From: Eledone cirrhosa
Lineage: Eukaryota
Assembly (NCBI GenBank): GCA_964016885.1
Contig: OZ024748.1
Coordinates: 35,340,001 to 35,404,000 of the forward strand
DNA length: 64,000 nucleotides
Reading direction: 5' to 3'
Both the position numbers and the translations under genes were made by a program. Shown piece after piece: positions 52,950 through 64,000 of this stretch; the first letter of the stretch is position 1; every line of letters starts with the position of its first letter. Under the pieces are notes generated by a model, which saw nothing but the letters and a program-made list of their open reading frames with translations, was not told the origin of the DNA and did no database searches.

Positions 52950-53225
52950 TCTCTTTTCTTCTCTACAAGAATTTAACTGTGTTCAGACGTGGACAAGAGA
53001 TCTGCTAGGTTTAAAGTGTCAGGTGTTACGGTTCCATACATTATTATCATGTCCTCCTTTAAGATTGATCTTAATTCCTGGTTTAGTCCAGTGGTCTCAG
53101 GTATCATGACATTGTTTCTTTCTTTTCAGTTTATATCTAATACCTTTCATATTATCGCAGCTGTTCCTAGCAAACAAGGCTTCTATGATATTACTACTTG
53201 AAGATTCAGTTTTAGAGATTTTTTA
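52950..53225 (-). mobile_element. R4/Dong-clade LINE 3' end fragment
   Basis: Minus strand encodes KPCLLGTAAII*KVLDIN*, resembling the conserved Dong/R4 C-terminus (QKACLLGTARILRKVL-like). Confidence 0.55.
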
Positions 53226-53389
53226 TCAATCCATCACCTTTCGTCCCTGCGGGGTCAATAAATAAAGTACCAGTAACGCACTGGGGTTGATTTAATCGAC
53301 TTTCCCCTCCCCCCAAATTGTCGGCCTTTTATCTAAATCAGAAATCTTTATTATTATTATGAATTTGGTATCTCAGTCATTGATGTTAT

Positions 53390-53925
53390 TTAACCGGAAA
53401 ATATGTCCAAATGACCATATGAGGCCGCTACCAGCAGCCTCAGATATCCAGGACGTATTGGAGGGTCCTTCTGATCCCGGTGGGCATGCCTTCTGAAGTG
53501 TTCCAATAAAAGGGGCTGGGCTAATGTTTTTTAACCAGTCTTGGGAACTCTTCGAGATAGTATCTAATGTGTCTATGATGATGGTGACAACCTCGATCTC
53601 ATGACAGTCCCAAATTCTTTACAGTTCCCACTTTAAATCCTGATACCAATTAATTATCTCCCTCTCCTTTTCTTTCACTCTAGTGTCAAAGGGGAAAGCT
53701 ACATCTATAATCAAGCAAGATCTTTTTTTTCCTGGTCAGGCCTATCGTGTTCTAATTATTTGTCCGTTTGTATCCTGAAATCACACAGCACCTTCACCCA
53801 GTTGTTTTCTACCACCACCTCTGGCTTAGGTTCATACCATTTCTCAGAATGAGGTATCTTGTTCAGTTTGCAGAAATGTTAGAGAATCACTTTTCCTATC
53901 ATATCCTTCCTCCATCCTTTATAGT
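53390..53925 (-). pseudogene. R4/Dong-clade LINE restriction-like endonuclease domain, decayed
   Basis: WYEPKPEVVVENNWVKVLCDFRIQTDK..HDRPD..CLIIDVAFPFDTRVKEKE..YQDLKWEL*RIW, a PD-(D/E)xK endonuclease signature. Confidence 0.8.
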
Positions 53926-53956
53926 GAGTCTAAGGTTATTATCATCATTATTGTTG

Positions 53957-54148
53957 AGGGCGGTGTATTGGCAGTATCGGTAGAGGGTCGGACGCCATGC
54001 TTTGCAGCATAGTTACGTCCCTTTACAGACTGAGTTCAAATCCCGCCGAGGTTAACTTTGCCTTTCATCCTTACGGGGGTCGATAAAATAAAGTACCAGT
54101 AATACACTGGTATAATTGCTGGCCTTGTGCCAAAAAGTAGAAACAATT
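53957..54148 (+). mobile_element. Full-length MetaSINE-like SINE copy
   Basis: High identity to 7432-7624. Confidence 0.88.
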
Positions 54149-54754
54149 ATTGTTGTAGTTGTTATATTTTGGGACACACACATGAAACAGTAATACCACT
54201 GATACTAATCGAACCACAGATCCGATTGATTCCGCCATTACGACCCTCAAATTATAATGTAAGATTATCAAAGTCATGAATTTTTAAAAATCAATCGAAG
54301 AAACAATTTTCTAATTAGATTTAAAAAAAATAAATAATATAATTAATTGCTACTGTTTTATAACTATTTATTAATAATAGTAATGAAACGGAAGCAATTA
54401 ATTTTAGTTTTATTTTCAATTATTTTCTGAATAATGATTTTAATGAAGCTAGTGTATGTGGCTGATGAGGTGGAAATAGGTTGGAAGCGTGAAAATCACT
54501 GGAAGCTATTGATGTTGAGAGTTTGAATAAACAGCAACAGCAACTACAACAACAACAATAGCAGTAGCAGCAATAACAGCAACTGTGACAACAACAACAA
54601 CACTACAGTAATTATGATTTCTAACGTGCAATCTTTAGAGAAAGTTCGAGTCAGTTAGACCAACCCCAGTACATAGATGGTACTGGATTTATTGTCGGCC
54701 CCAGGGGGCAGAAAAAGTTGACCACAGCAGGATTTCAACACAGAACCTTAAGGG

Positions 54755-55792
54755 ATGGTGGTGGTGATGATGATAATGATGATGGTGATGATGATGGTGG
54801 CGATGATAGTGGTGGTGGTGGTGGTGATGGTGGTAATGAGGATGGTGATGATGATGGTGGTGGTGGAGGTGGTGGTGATGATGGTGGTAGTGGTGGTGGG
54901 GATGGGGATGGTGATGGTGATGGTGATGAGGGTGATGGTGATGATGGTGGTGATGATGGTGGTGATGATTGTGATGGTGGTGCGGGTGGTGATGATGATG
55001 GTGGTGAAGATGGTGATGGTGGTGATGGTGATGGTGGTGGTGGTGGTGGTGGTGATGATGGTGGTGATGGTGGTGGTGGAGGTGGTGGTGATGATGGTGG
55101 TAGTGGTGGTGGGGATGATGATGGTGATGGTGGTGGTGATGAGGGTGATGGTGATGATGGTGGTGATGATGGTGATGGTGGTGCGGGTGGTGATGATGGT
55201 GGTGGTGAAGATGGTGATGGTGGTGATGGTGGTGGTGGTGATGATGGTGGTGATGGTGGTGGTGGTGATGGTGGTGGTGGTGGTGATGGTGGTGGTGGTG
55301 GTGATGGTGATGATGGTGGTGATGGTGGTGATGATGATGGTGGCGATGATAGTGGTGGTGGTGGTGGTGATGGTGGTAATGAGGATGGTGATGATGATGG
55401 TGGTGGTGGAGGTGGTGGTGATGATGGTGATGGTGGTGATGATGGTGTTGGTGATGGTGGTGGTGATGGTAATGATGATGGTGGTGTTGGTGGTGTTGGT
55501 GATGATGGTGGTGATGGTGGTGGTGGTGATGGTGGTGGTGGTGGTGGTGGTGATGGTGATGATGGTGATGGTGGTGGTGATGGTGGTGATGGTAATGATG
55601 GTGATGGTGGTGGTGGTGATGGTGATGGTGGTGGTGGTGATGGTGGTGGTGGTGGTGGTGATGATGGTGATGGTGGTGTTGGTGATGATGGTGATGGTGG
55701 TGGTGGTGATGGTGGTGGTGATGGTGGTGGTGATGGTGGTGGTGATGGTGGTGGTGATGGTGGTGGTGATGGTGGTTGTGGTGGTGTTGGTG
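54755..55792. repeat. (GGT/GAT)n trinucleotide low-complexity tract
   Basis: Nearly pure GGT/GAT triplets with internal block duplications. Confidence 0.93.
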
Positions 55793-57542
55793 ACGTTAAT
55801 AGTTGTGAAATAAAAGAAGCCAGCTATGTGTTACCTGAAGTTTGGCTGCAGGTAAGTTAAGTGCAGATGTATAGCTTAAGACTGCTCCTTTCACACACAC
55901 ACACAGACGCACACACACACACACACAGACGCACACACACACACACACAGACGCACACACACATACACACAGACGCACACACACACACACAGACACACAC
56001 ACAGACACACACACACACACCCACACAGACGCACACACCTACAGGCACACACACACATACATACATACACACCTATACCACAACACTTAATCCCCCCACC
56101 ACCACCACTAAAAAGACTCCAAAAGAAGCGGGACCACATACCTCCCGCCATAATGAAAGACGTTAATCTGTTGAGAGAAGAGAGGAGAGAGGTGAGAGAG
56201 ACAGAGAGAAGAGAGAGAGAAGAGAGAGGGAGGAGAGAGAGGAGGAGAGAGAAGAGAAGAGAGAGGAGGAGAGAGAAGAGAGGAGGGAGAGGAGGGAGAG
56301 GAGGGAGAGGAGAGAGAGAAGCGAGAGAGGAGGAGGAGAAAGAGAGAGAGAGAGGAGAAAAGTGAGAGAAGAGAGGGAGGAGAGAGGGGAGAAGAGAGGT
56401 GAGAGAGTGAAGCGAGAGAGGAGGAGGAGAGAGAGGGGGAGAGAGAGGAGAGAGAAGAGAGAGGGGGAGAGAGAGGAGAGAGAAGAAAGAGGGGGAGAGA
56501 GAAGAAAGAGGGGGAGAGAGAAGAGAGAGAAAGAGGTGGTAACGATTAGGGATTTTTTGTCTTTCTTTCATCCAGAGCATGTGACTGGTAAAGTAGTCCC
56601 TCCCCCACATACAGACACACACACACATACAGACACACAGATACACACACACACATACAGATATACACACACACACATACAGGCACACAGATACACATAC
56701 AGATATACACACACAGACATACAGACACACACACATACAGATATACACACAGATACAGACACACACACGTACAGATATACACACACACACACACACACAC
56801 AGATATACACACACACATTCAGATATACACACGCACAGACATACAGACACAGACACATACACAGACACACACAAATACACACACACACACACATACAGAT
56901 ATACACACACAGACACACACACACATCAACAGACGTTTAAATGGAAGTAGGACATTAGAAGAAGAAGAAAAAGGAGGAGAGAAGAAGAAGAAGAAGAAGA
57001 AGAAGAAGAAGAAGAAGAAGAAGAAGAAGGCAAAGAAGAAGACGAAGAAGAGATCGTTGACATGACACGTCCTTCGGTTTTGTTCTGATACCTGAAGCAA
57101 ATTTTAAACCTAATCAGTGGGAAGATTAGATAAATATTAAGGTAGAGAGAGAGAAGGGGAGTGAGAGAGAAAGAGAGGGTGAGAGAGAAGGGTGTGAGAA
57201 TGAGAGAGAATGAGAGAGCGAGAGAGAAAAGGTGTGAGAGAGAGAGGACGAGAGAGAAGGGGAGCGAGAAAGAGAGACAGGGAGGAGAGAGAGAAGGTTG
57301 GGGTGAGAAAGAGAGAGATGGGTGTGAGAGAGAGGGAGAAAAAGAGAGGGAAAGAGGGAAGAGATATCTTGAAGCAATAAAGGGTAGGAAAGGGAGGGGT
57401 GAGATGTGGCGGCCCAGCGGCGAGGTGTGGGAGATGTACAGAAGAAAGGAGTGTCTAGATCAAAATCACTGATAACAACTCAAGTTAAGAAGATATGAGG
57501 GTAAACCTATTTAGTTCACATCAAGTGGTAAATGGCAATTTG

Positions 57543-58064
57543 AAAACCTCTGGTAAGACCTGGTCCCTATTATTGAAGAAACCTCTGGTAAGACCTGGTC
57601 CCTATTACTGAAGAAACCTCTGGTAAGACCTGGTCTCTATTACTGAAGAAACTTCTGGTATAACCTGGCCCCTTTTACTGAAGAAACCTCTGGTAAGACC
57701 TGGTCCCTATTATTGAAGAAACCTCTGGTAAGACCTGGTCCCTATTACTGAAGAAACCTCTGGTAAGACCTGGTCTCTATTATTGAAGAAACTTCTGGTA
57801 TAACCTGGCCCCTTTTACTGAAGAAACCTCTGGTAATACCTGGCCCCTATTACTGAAGAAACCTCTGGTAAGACCTGGCCCCTATTACTGACATACTGAA
57901 GAAACCTCTGGGAAAATCTGGTCCCTACTACTGAAGAAACCTCTGGTTAAACCTGGCCCCTATTACTGAAGAAACCTCTGGTAAGTCCTGTTCCCTATTA
58001 CTGAAGAAACCTCTGGTAAAACCTGTTCCCTATTACTGACACACTGACGAAATCTCTGGTAAGA
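57543..58064. repeat. 35-bp minisatellite CTGAAGAAACCTCTGGTAAGACCTGGTCCCTATTA, about 14 units
   Basis: Period 35 (AACCTC at 57545 and 57580). Confidence 0.92.
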
Positions 58065-58392
58065 CGGGGTCTCGTGTAAGTTCAGTGAAATTTGTGCCGG
58101 TGATAGCTGTAACAACAAAATAAATGTTAGTGGATCCTCCGTCGGTTTCAACGATGTACGTTTAGTTGTTCCATCAACTGAACATCCGACTCATGTATTA
58201 ACGTCATCTATGTTTGTTGAGTATTCCGTAGTCATGTATTCTGAACGTAGTTTTCAGGTACAATCCATCCGACAGGCTTCCGTACAGTTTCCGTCTACCC
58301 AATGTCACTCTCATAAGGCTTAAATTGTCTCGAGGTAGGGAGACGAAAGCCGGGATCTTAGGATTGAAGCGAACATCTTAACCGGACAGAGA

Positions 58393-58922
58393 ACAACTAC
58401 AACCACAACTACAGATAGAACAACTACTACAACAACAACTACAACCACAACTACAGACAGAACAACTACTACAACAACAACTACAACCACAACTACAGAC
58501 AGAACAGCTACTACAACAACAACTACAACCACAACTACAGACAGAACAGCTACTACAACAACAACTACAACCACAACTACAGACAGAACAGTTACTACAA
58601 TAACTACAACGCCACCACCACCACAACACCACCACCACCACCAACACCACTACCACCACTGCTACCACAACTACAACGCCACCACCAACACAACTACAAC
58701 ACCACCAATACTACCACCACAACTACAACGCCACCACCACCAACACCACCACAACTACAACGCCACCACCACCACAACTACAACGCCACCACCACCAACA
58801 CCACCACAACTACAACGCCACCACCACCAACACCACCACAACTACAACGCCACCACCACCACCACTGCCACCACAACTACAACGCCACCATCAACACCAC
58901 CACCACCACAACAACAACAACA
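58393..58922. repeat. ACA/ACC/ACT trinucleotide-based minisatellite
   Basis: Repeated ACAACTACAACCACAACTACAGACAG and ACAACGCCACCACC blocks. Confidence 0.9.
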
Positions 58923-59501
58923 CTATCAACAGTGACAGAAGTCATTCAACGTCTCGTTGACTTTTTCAGTTTCTGGTCAAGAGGTTTACTGTGAAAACAG
59001 TTACTATAACAATTATAAGAGAGAGAGGGAGAGGGAGGTAGATAGATAGAGAGAGAGGGAGATAGAGAAGGAGAGATAGAGAGATAGATAGAAAGGGAGA
59101 GGGAGATAGAGAGAGAGGGAGAAAGAGATGTAGGGTGGAGTTGGACGGTGTAGTGAGAGTTAACGGTGGTTAAGGAGGTAGGGGTGTAGTGGTGGTGTAA
59201 GGTAGAGGGGTGTGTAGTGGTGGTATAAGGTGGAGGGTGAAGAGAGGTAGAGGGGGTGTAGTGGTGGTGGTAGGTGGAGAGATAGAGGGGGGGGGTGTAG
59301 TGGTGGAATAAGGGGGAGGGGAGGAGGGGTTATAAAAAAGACGGAATAATATTTGTCTTATTGATTACATACTGACAGTAGTCGGGTGTTGTTGTTGAGG
59401 TTGTTGTGTGGTGGTGGTTGTGGTGGTGGTGGTGGTGGTGATGACGGCGGGAAAATTTGCAGTAGTATTATGATGTTCACGATGGTGATGGTGGCCTACA
59501 C

Positions 59502-62500
59502 CAGTGGTCGCCAACATGGGTTCCGCGGAACCTTGGGGTTCCGTAAAACAAACTCCGGGTTCCTTAAAAAAATAAATATTTACATTACCATTAATATTTT
59601 GGGTTTTCTGAAAAAGGTGCAAAGAAAATGCCAAAGGTGCAATGTATAAATGAACAAGTACTATTGTAGTGTACACAGGTTCTCCACTCCAATTCGTGGA
59701 AAACACTACTTTCAGTTTCTCACTTGAATTAGCAGAAAAACACTGTTCTGAGATTCGTGGAAATTGAATACTTTCAATTTCACATCAATTCTTGGAATTC
59801 CGAGAATTTGACTAATACTAATTGAACTTAGAAATTGACCAATCACGAACAAGTAAATGTTGGTCGATGACAGCATAACTTTAAACTGAAAACTTCAGTT
59901 CAGCGAGGTCTCTCAGCCGAGAGACAGGATCAGTTCGCTGTTCTCACAAAGTAAGTTCAGTAGAATGTTTTTAATAGAGAACACGTTTTAATCTGCTGTC
60001 CTCACAAAAGCTTTAAAGTCGCCTAAAGTTTCTTCACAGAGTGAACTCGCTTACTAGTCGTTTTCAACATGCATCCAGTTCCACAGACAATTCTAAATAA
60101 GAACACGTTACATTCTGTTGTACTTTGCACAGAAAATATAACGCCTGTAAAGTTTCGACTACTAACAAAGGTAATTTTGTATTCCATGCATACACTATAA
60201 ACTTTGCCACACAATTATGTATTCATTTGATGACATCTGCATTCACAATTGAGAAATTACTTTATATAATAAATATATATGTCCACAAACATTTGACTAA
60301 ACTTTATTTGTTCCAATCTAATATATGTTTAACGCAGCCTAAAGCCTTCTTATATTATATCTAACTTTGAGTCAAAATAGAAGATATCTGAATTAATTTC
60401 CAATACCATCGTCACATTTTCTACACTATCAGCTGATTTGCATTTTTTGCTCCTTTTAGTATGGCGGATATTTAAATATATTTACATTACCAATAATATT
60501 TAATACGACCCTAAAGTAGTATATGCAGGAAGTGCTGGACTCTGAAAAAAATTTCTTCTAGTTGTTTATAAATTTGCACCTTTTCCAGTAACCCCTAATA
60601 TTTTAATATTATTATAAGACTTTAAATAATATGTTTGCCATCCTAAAATGGGGAAATTTCAATTTTTTAAAATTAAAATTTTTTTTAACTAGTTAAGTTT
60701 TTCCAAATATCTAAAATTAAAGTTAATTTAAGTACTTTTTGTAATAAAAAAAAATTAATTTCTCTTGTTTATTAATGTCATATTAAAAATGTTAACTGTA
60801 GATAAATAACATTGATATGATGTCTACTTCAAAGAAGCTGAAGTTAGATACCAGCAGTAAGGTTAGACAGTGGTGTGATGATTATGTTAGATATGGATTT
60901 CAAAAAGCTGACACTAAAAAAGATACACCAGATCAGCCCATGTGTTTGCTATGTTCAAAAGTTCTATCAAACAGCTGTTTAAATCCTGCAAAACTTAAAA
61001 GACACCTTGATACTAATCACACCAATGATAAAAACAAGTCACTGGAATACTTTACATCAAACAACATCAAAAAATCACAAGCTAATATGTATGACTTGTT
61101 TTGTAAAAAGTCAGATAGAAATAAAGCTTTAACAAGAACATCTTTTGAAATTTCACATTTGATTGGTAAAAACAAGAAACCATTTACATTAGGAGAACAG
61201 TTAATTCTGCCAAGTATAAAAATTGCTACAGAGAATCTTTTTGAAAGCTGCAGTATTAAGGACAAAGAAAAATTAAGCCAGTTACCATTGTCAGCAAATA
61301 CCGTAAAAAGAAGGATAATTGATATTTCTTCTGATATAGAAAATCAGATACTAACTGCACTAAAGAAAAGCACATGTTTTGGTCTGCAAGTGGACGAAAC
61401 TACGGATATTAATAACAAGGATCAATTAATTTGCTATGTACGGTTTGTAGACCTTGATAAAAAAGAATTAGAAGAGTATTTGTTTTGTCTGGTATTAGAC
61501 ATCACAACTAAAGGTCAAGATATATTCAATAAAATTGAAGAGTATTTTTTAAAAATTGGTGTATCTTGGAGCAAGTTGACTTCAATAACAACAGATGGAG
61601 CAGCTGCAATGACTGGTAAAAATTCTGGTTTGATTTCAAAAATTAAAGAACAGACCCCAAATTGTATTTCAAAAGAGGTTTTGTGTTCAAAAAAATTCAA
61701 AGACAGAGATGCTCAAATATTAAATGACCAGCTGAAAGACATTGTCAAAATTATCAATTTGATCCATGCAAGAGCAAAAAATTCTAGAATGTTTGAATCT
61801 ATTTGTGAATCTTCTGGAAGTAATTATAATAGATTGTTATTGAACAATGATGTGCGTTGGTTGTCTTTTGGGGATGCTATGAAGAGAGATTTTGAACTGA
61901 GAGAAGAAATAATAGTTTTTCTAAAAAAACAGAATGATGAAAGAGCAACTCGCTTATTTAGTAGACATTTTTGGTGAACTGAACAAACTAAATAAGTGTT
62001 TTCAGGGTAACAATGCAGATGTTTTTACTTCAATCAATTTTATTACATATTTTCAATCAAAATTAAACATCTTTATACAAAGAATTGAATCGGACAATTA
62101 CTCATTACTTTCAAACCTTGAAATAGAGCTTAAAAAGAGAGAAGATTTTGACTCCAGCAATCTAAAGAAGATTATTCTTTCTCATTTAAATGTGCTTTCC
62201 ACAAGTTTTTCAGATTATTTTGACTTGATGGAAAAAGATATTGTTAGCGGAAATTTATGGATAAAAAACTCGTTCACCGAGATCGAGCAGTTAGTGTCAG
62301 AAAATGACGCTGGAAATTGTAAAAATTTACTACCTGCACAATCAGTTGATGGATTTGAATTCAAACGAAGACCTGAAAGTGATATTCGAAAGCAGAAAGA
62401 AAGAACTATGGATCGAATTATTCTTGATTGGGTAGTTTAATGAAATCAGCCAACTTGCATTGAAATATTTGACTTTATTCCCATCTAGCTATTTGTGCGA

Positions 62501-62801
62501 AAAAGGGTTTTCGCAGTTGGTAGAAATCAGCACAAAGAAGATGAATAAACTGTCAGCAATTGACGAGTGTATGAGACTGGCATTAACTAGTGTTGAACCT
62601 CGATTTTCTAAACTCACTGATGAGGGGCAACAGCAGAAAAGCCACTAGTTAATTGTGTTCGATTACATACACACGCATGAAACACTAAAATAAATAAATA
62701 CTTTATTATTTTTTTTTGAAAAGTTTTGTATTGCATAGGTTCCGTGAAGAATTAAAAATATTTAGAGGGTTCCTCGGTTTTAGAAAGGTTGGCGACCACT
62801 A
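59502..62801 (+). mobile_element. Full-length hAT transposon, Buster/Charlie group (3.3 kb)
   Basis: TIRs CAGTGGTCGCCAAC / GTTGGCGACCACTA. The 8-bp TSD GCCTACAC (59494-59501) / GTCTACAC (62802-62809) has the central TA. Subterminal GGTTCC repeats. Confidence 0.93.
60817..62648 (+). pseudogene. hAT (Buster/ZBED5-like) transposase, frameshifted
   Basis: BED finger CLLC..HLDTNH, LQVDETTD, TDGAAAM, VRWLS and YLCEKGFS. Split over three ORFs (60817-61977, 61934-62440, 62460-62648), and the CxxH motif appears deleted near 61665. Confidence 0.9.
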
Positions 62802-63029
62802 GTCTACACACACACATATATAGTTAAGGATGTTTTTCCGAAACCGGGAAGAAACCACTGTTAAACGAACGAAAACTTTCTAGTTAGTCCTTTTTATGAC
62901 ACTAGATGAGGGCAACGTCGTACCTTTCTGTCCATCTACCTCTCTGTCACCTCAAAAACACGCGACTTCTCTTTTCTCTCTCTATCTATGTACATATCTC
63001 CCACTTGGCACTCCCCCTCTCTATATAAA

Positions 63030-63208
63030 GTGGCAGTATCGGTAGAGGGTCGGACGCCATGCTTTCCAGCATAGTTAGGTCCCTTTACGATCTGAGTTCA
63101 AATCCCGCCGAGGTTGACTTTGCCTTTCATCCTTACGGGGTCGATAAAATAAAGTACCAGTAATGCACTGGGTAATTGCTGGCCTTGTGCCTAACGTAGA
63201 AACAATTA
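63030..63208 (+). mobile_element. MetaSINE-like SINE copy
   Basis: High identity to 7432-7624. Confidence 0.88.
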
Positions 63209-63241
63209 TAATATATATAGAGATATAGTGTGTGTGTTTAT

Positions 63242-63314
<73 letters not shown>

Positions 63315-63317
<3 letters not shown>

Positions 63318-63993
63318 GGAAAAAATGAAACGAAATTTCATTTCCCACTCTTAGTACGGCTGTTACTTAAATATAAGTATGTATACGTACATACATATAT
63401 GTATACAGACGTACAGTAGTATGTATATATATATACATACATGAACACATATATATATGTACGTATGGATTCACCGAACATTTATTATAGTGCTCGGTGT
63501 GTTTGTAAACAAACATCCCGTATTAAGCCGTAGTGTCTAGCAACCATCGTTGCTCGTTTGTTCAACACTGACAAAGGAACGCTGTACTAGTTTCAAGCTT
63601 ATTAGCTATCGTCAGCAACGTATACCTTCCTGCCAGATTGTTGAACGTATATACTTACCTTATGCATATTAACGGCTGAGTAACCCAATTTGCATATCGA
63701 GTGGGTTAATCGGCCGGGTGCACCAAAAACGTTAAACGGAAAAAATGAAACGAAATTTCATTTCCCACTCTTAATACGGCTGTTACTTAAATATAAGTAT
63801 GTACACTTACATACATATATGTATACAGACGTACAGTAGTATGTATATATATATACATACATGCACACATATATATATGTACGTATGGATTCACCGAACA
63901 TTTATTATAATGCTCGGTGTGTTTGTAAACAAACATCCCGTATTAAGCCGTAGTGTCTAGCAACCATCGTTGCTCGTTTATTCAACACTGACA
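63315..63993 (-). mobile_element. 420-bp tandem unit (1.6 copies) containing a hammerhead: retrozyme/pLTR-like element
   Basis: AACGGAAAAAATGAAACG occurs at 63315 and 63735 with few mismatches; abuts (TA)n at 63260-63314. Confidence 0.8.
63579..63621 (-). ncRNA. Minimal type I hammerhead ribozyme motif
   Basis: ACGTTG-CTGACGA-tAGCT aata AGCTt-GAAA-CTAG-TA^-CAGCGT; 6-bp stem I and palindromic stem III ACTAGT. Confidence 0.82.
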
Positions 63994-64000
63994 TAGCTAA

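Noticed and set aside
54462-54482. CTGATGAGGTGGAAA as a minimal hammerhead
   Set aside because: No stem II pair, no stem III and no stem I.
54718-55860. 380-aa Gly/Asp-rich and 352-aa Val/Met-rich ORFs
   Set aside because: Translation of a GGT/GAT microsatellite. The start lies in a SINE remnant, and no exon or domain evidence supports it.
62617-62645. CTGATGA...GAAA at the end of the hAT transposase
   Set aside because: No stems II or III; it lies in coding sequence (TDEGQQQKSH).

Overview
Eukaryotic, very AT- and microsatellite-rich DNA with no supportable host gene. The SINE/LINE repertoire points to a coleoid cephalopod, probably an octopod (inference). The window contains: a decayed Penelope-like element (PLE, Naiad-like RT + GIY-YIG) with inverted and repeated pseudo-LTRs; two 5'-truncated RTE LINEs with open ORFs and a PHD-type finger; other RTE and R4/Dong fragments; many tRNA-derived SINEs; a ~19.7 kb array of a 37-39 bp repeat (CRISPR-repeat-like, but with no spacers) that has higher-order structure; a full-length but broken Buster/Charlie hAT transposon; and two Tc1/mariner MITEs. 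The most striking hidden layer is a set of about a dozen type I hammerhead-ribozyme (HHR) motifs from several unrelated sequence families, mostly in elements flanked by (TA)n tracts. They appear as tiny solo cassettes, as fold-back palindromes whose inversion points lie at or near the ribozyme, as variants with a ~100-nt stem II, and as a 420-bp tandem retrozyme-like unit. All structures were read by eye. No searches or folding were run, and ribozyme activity is untested.
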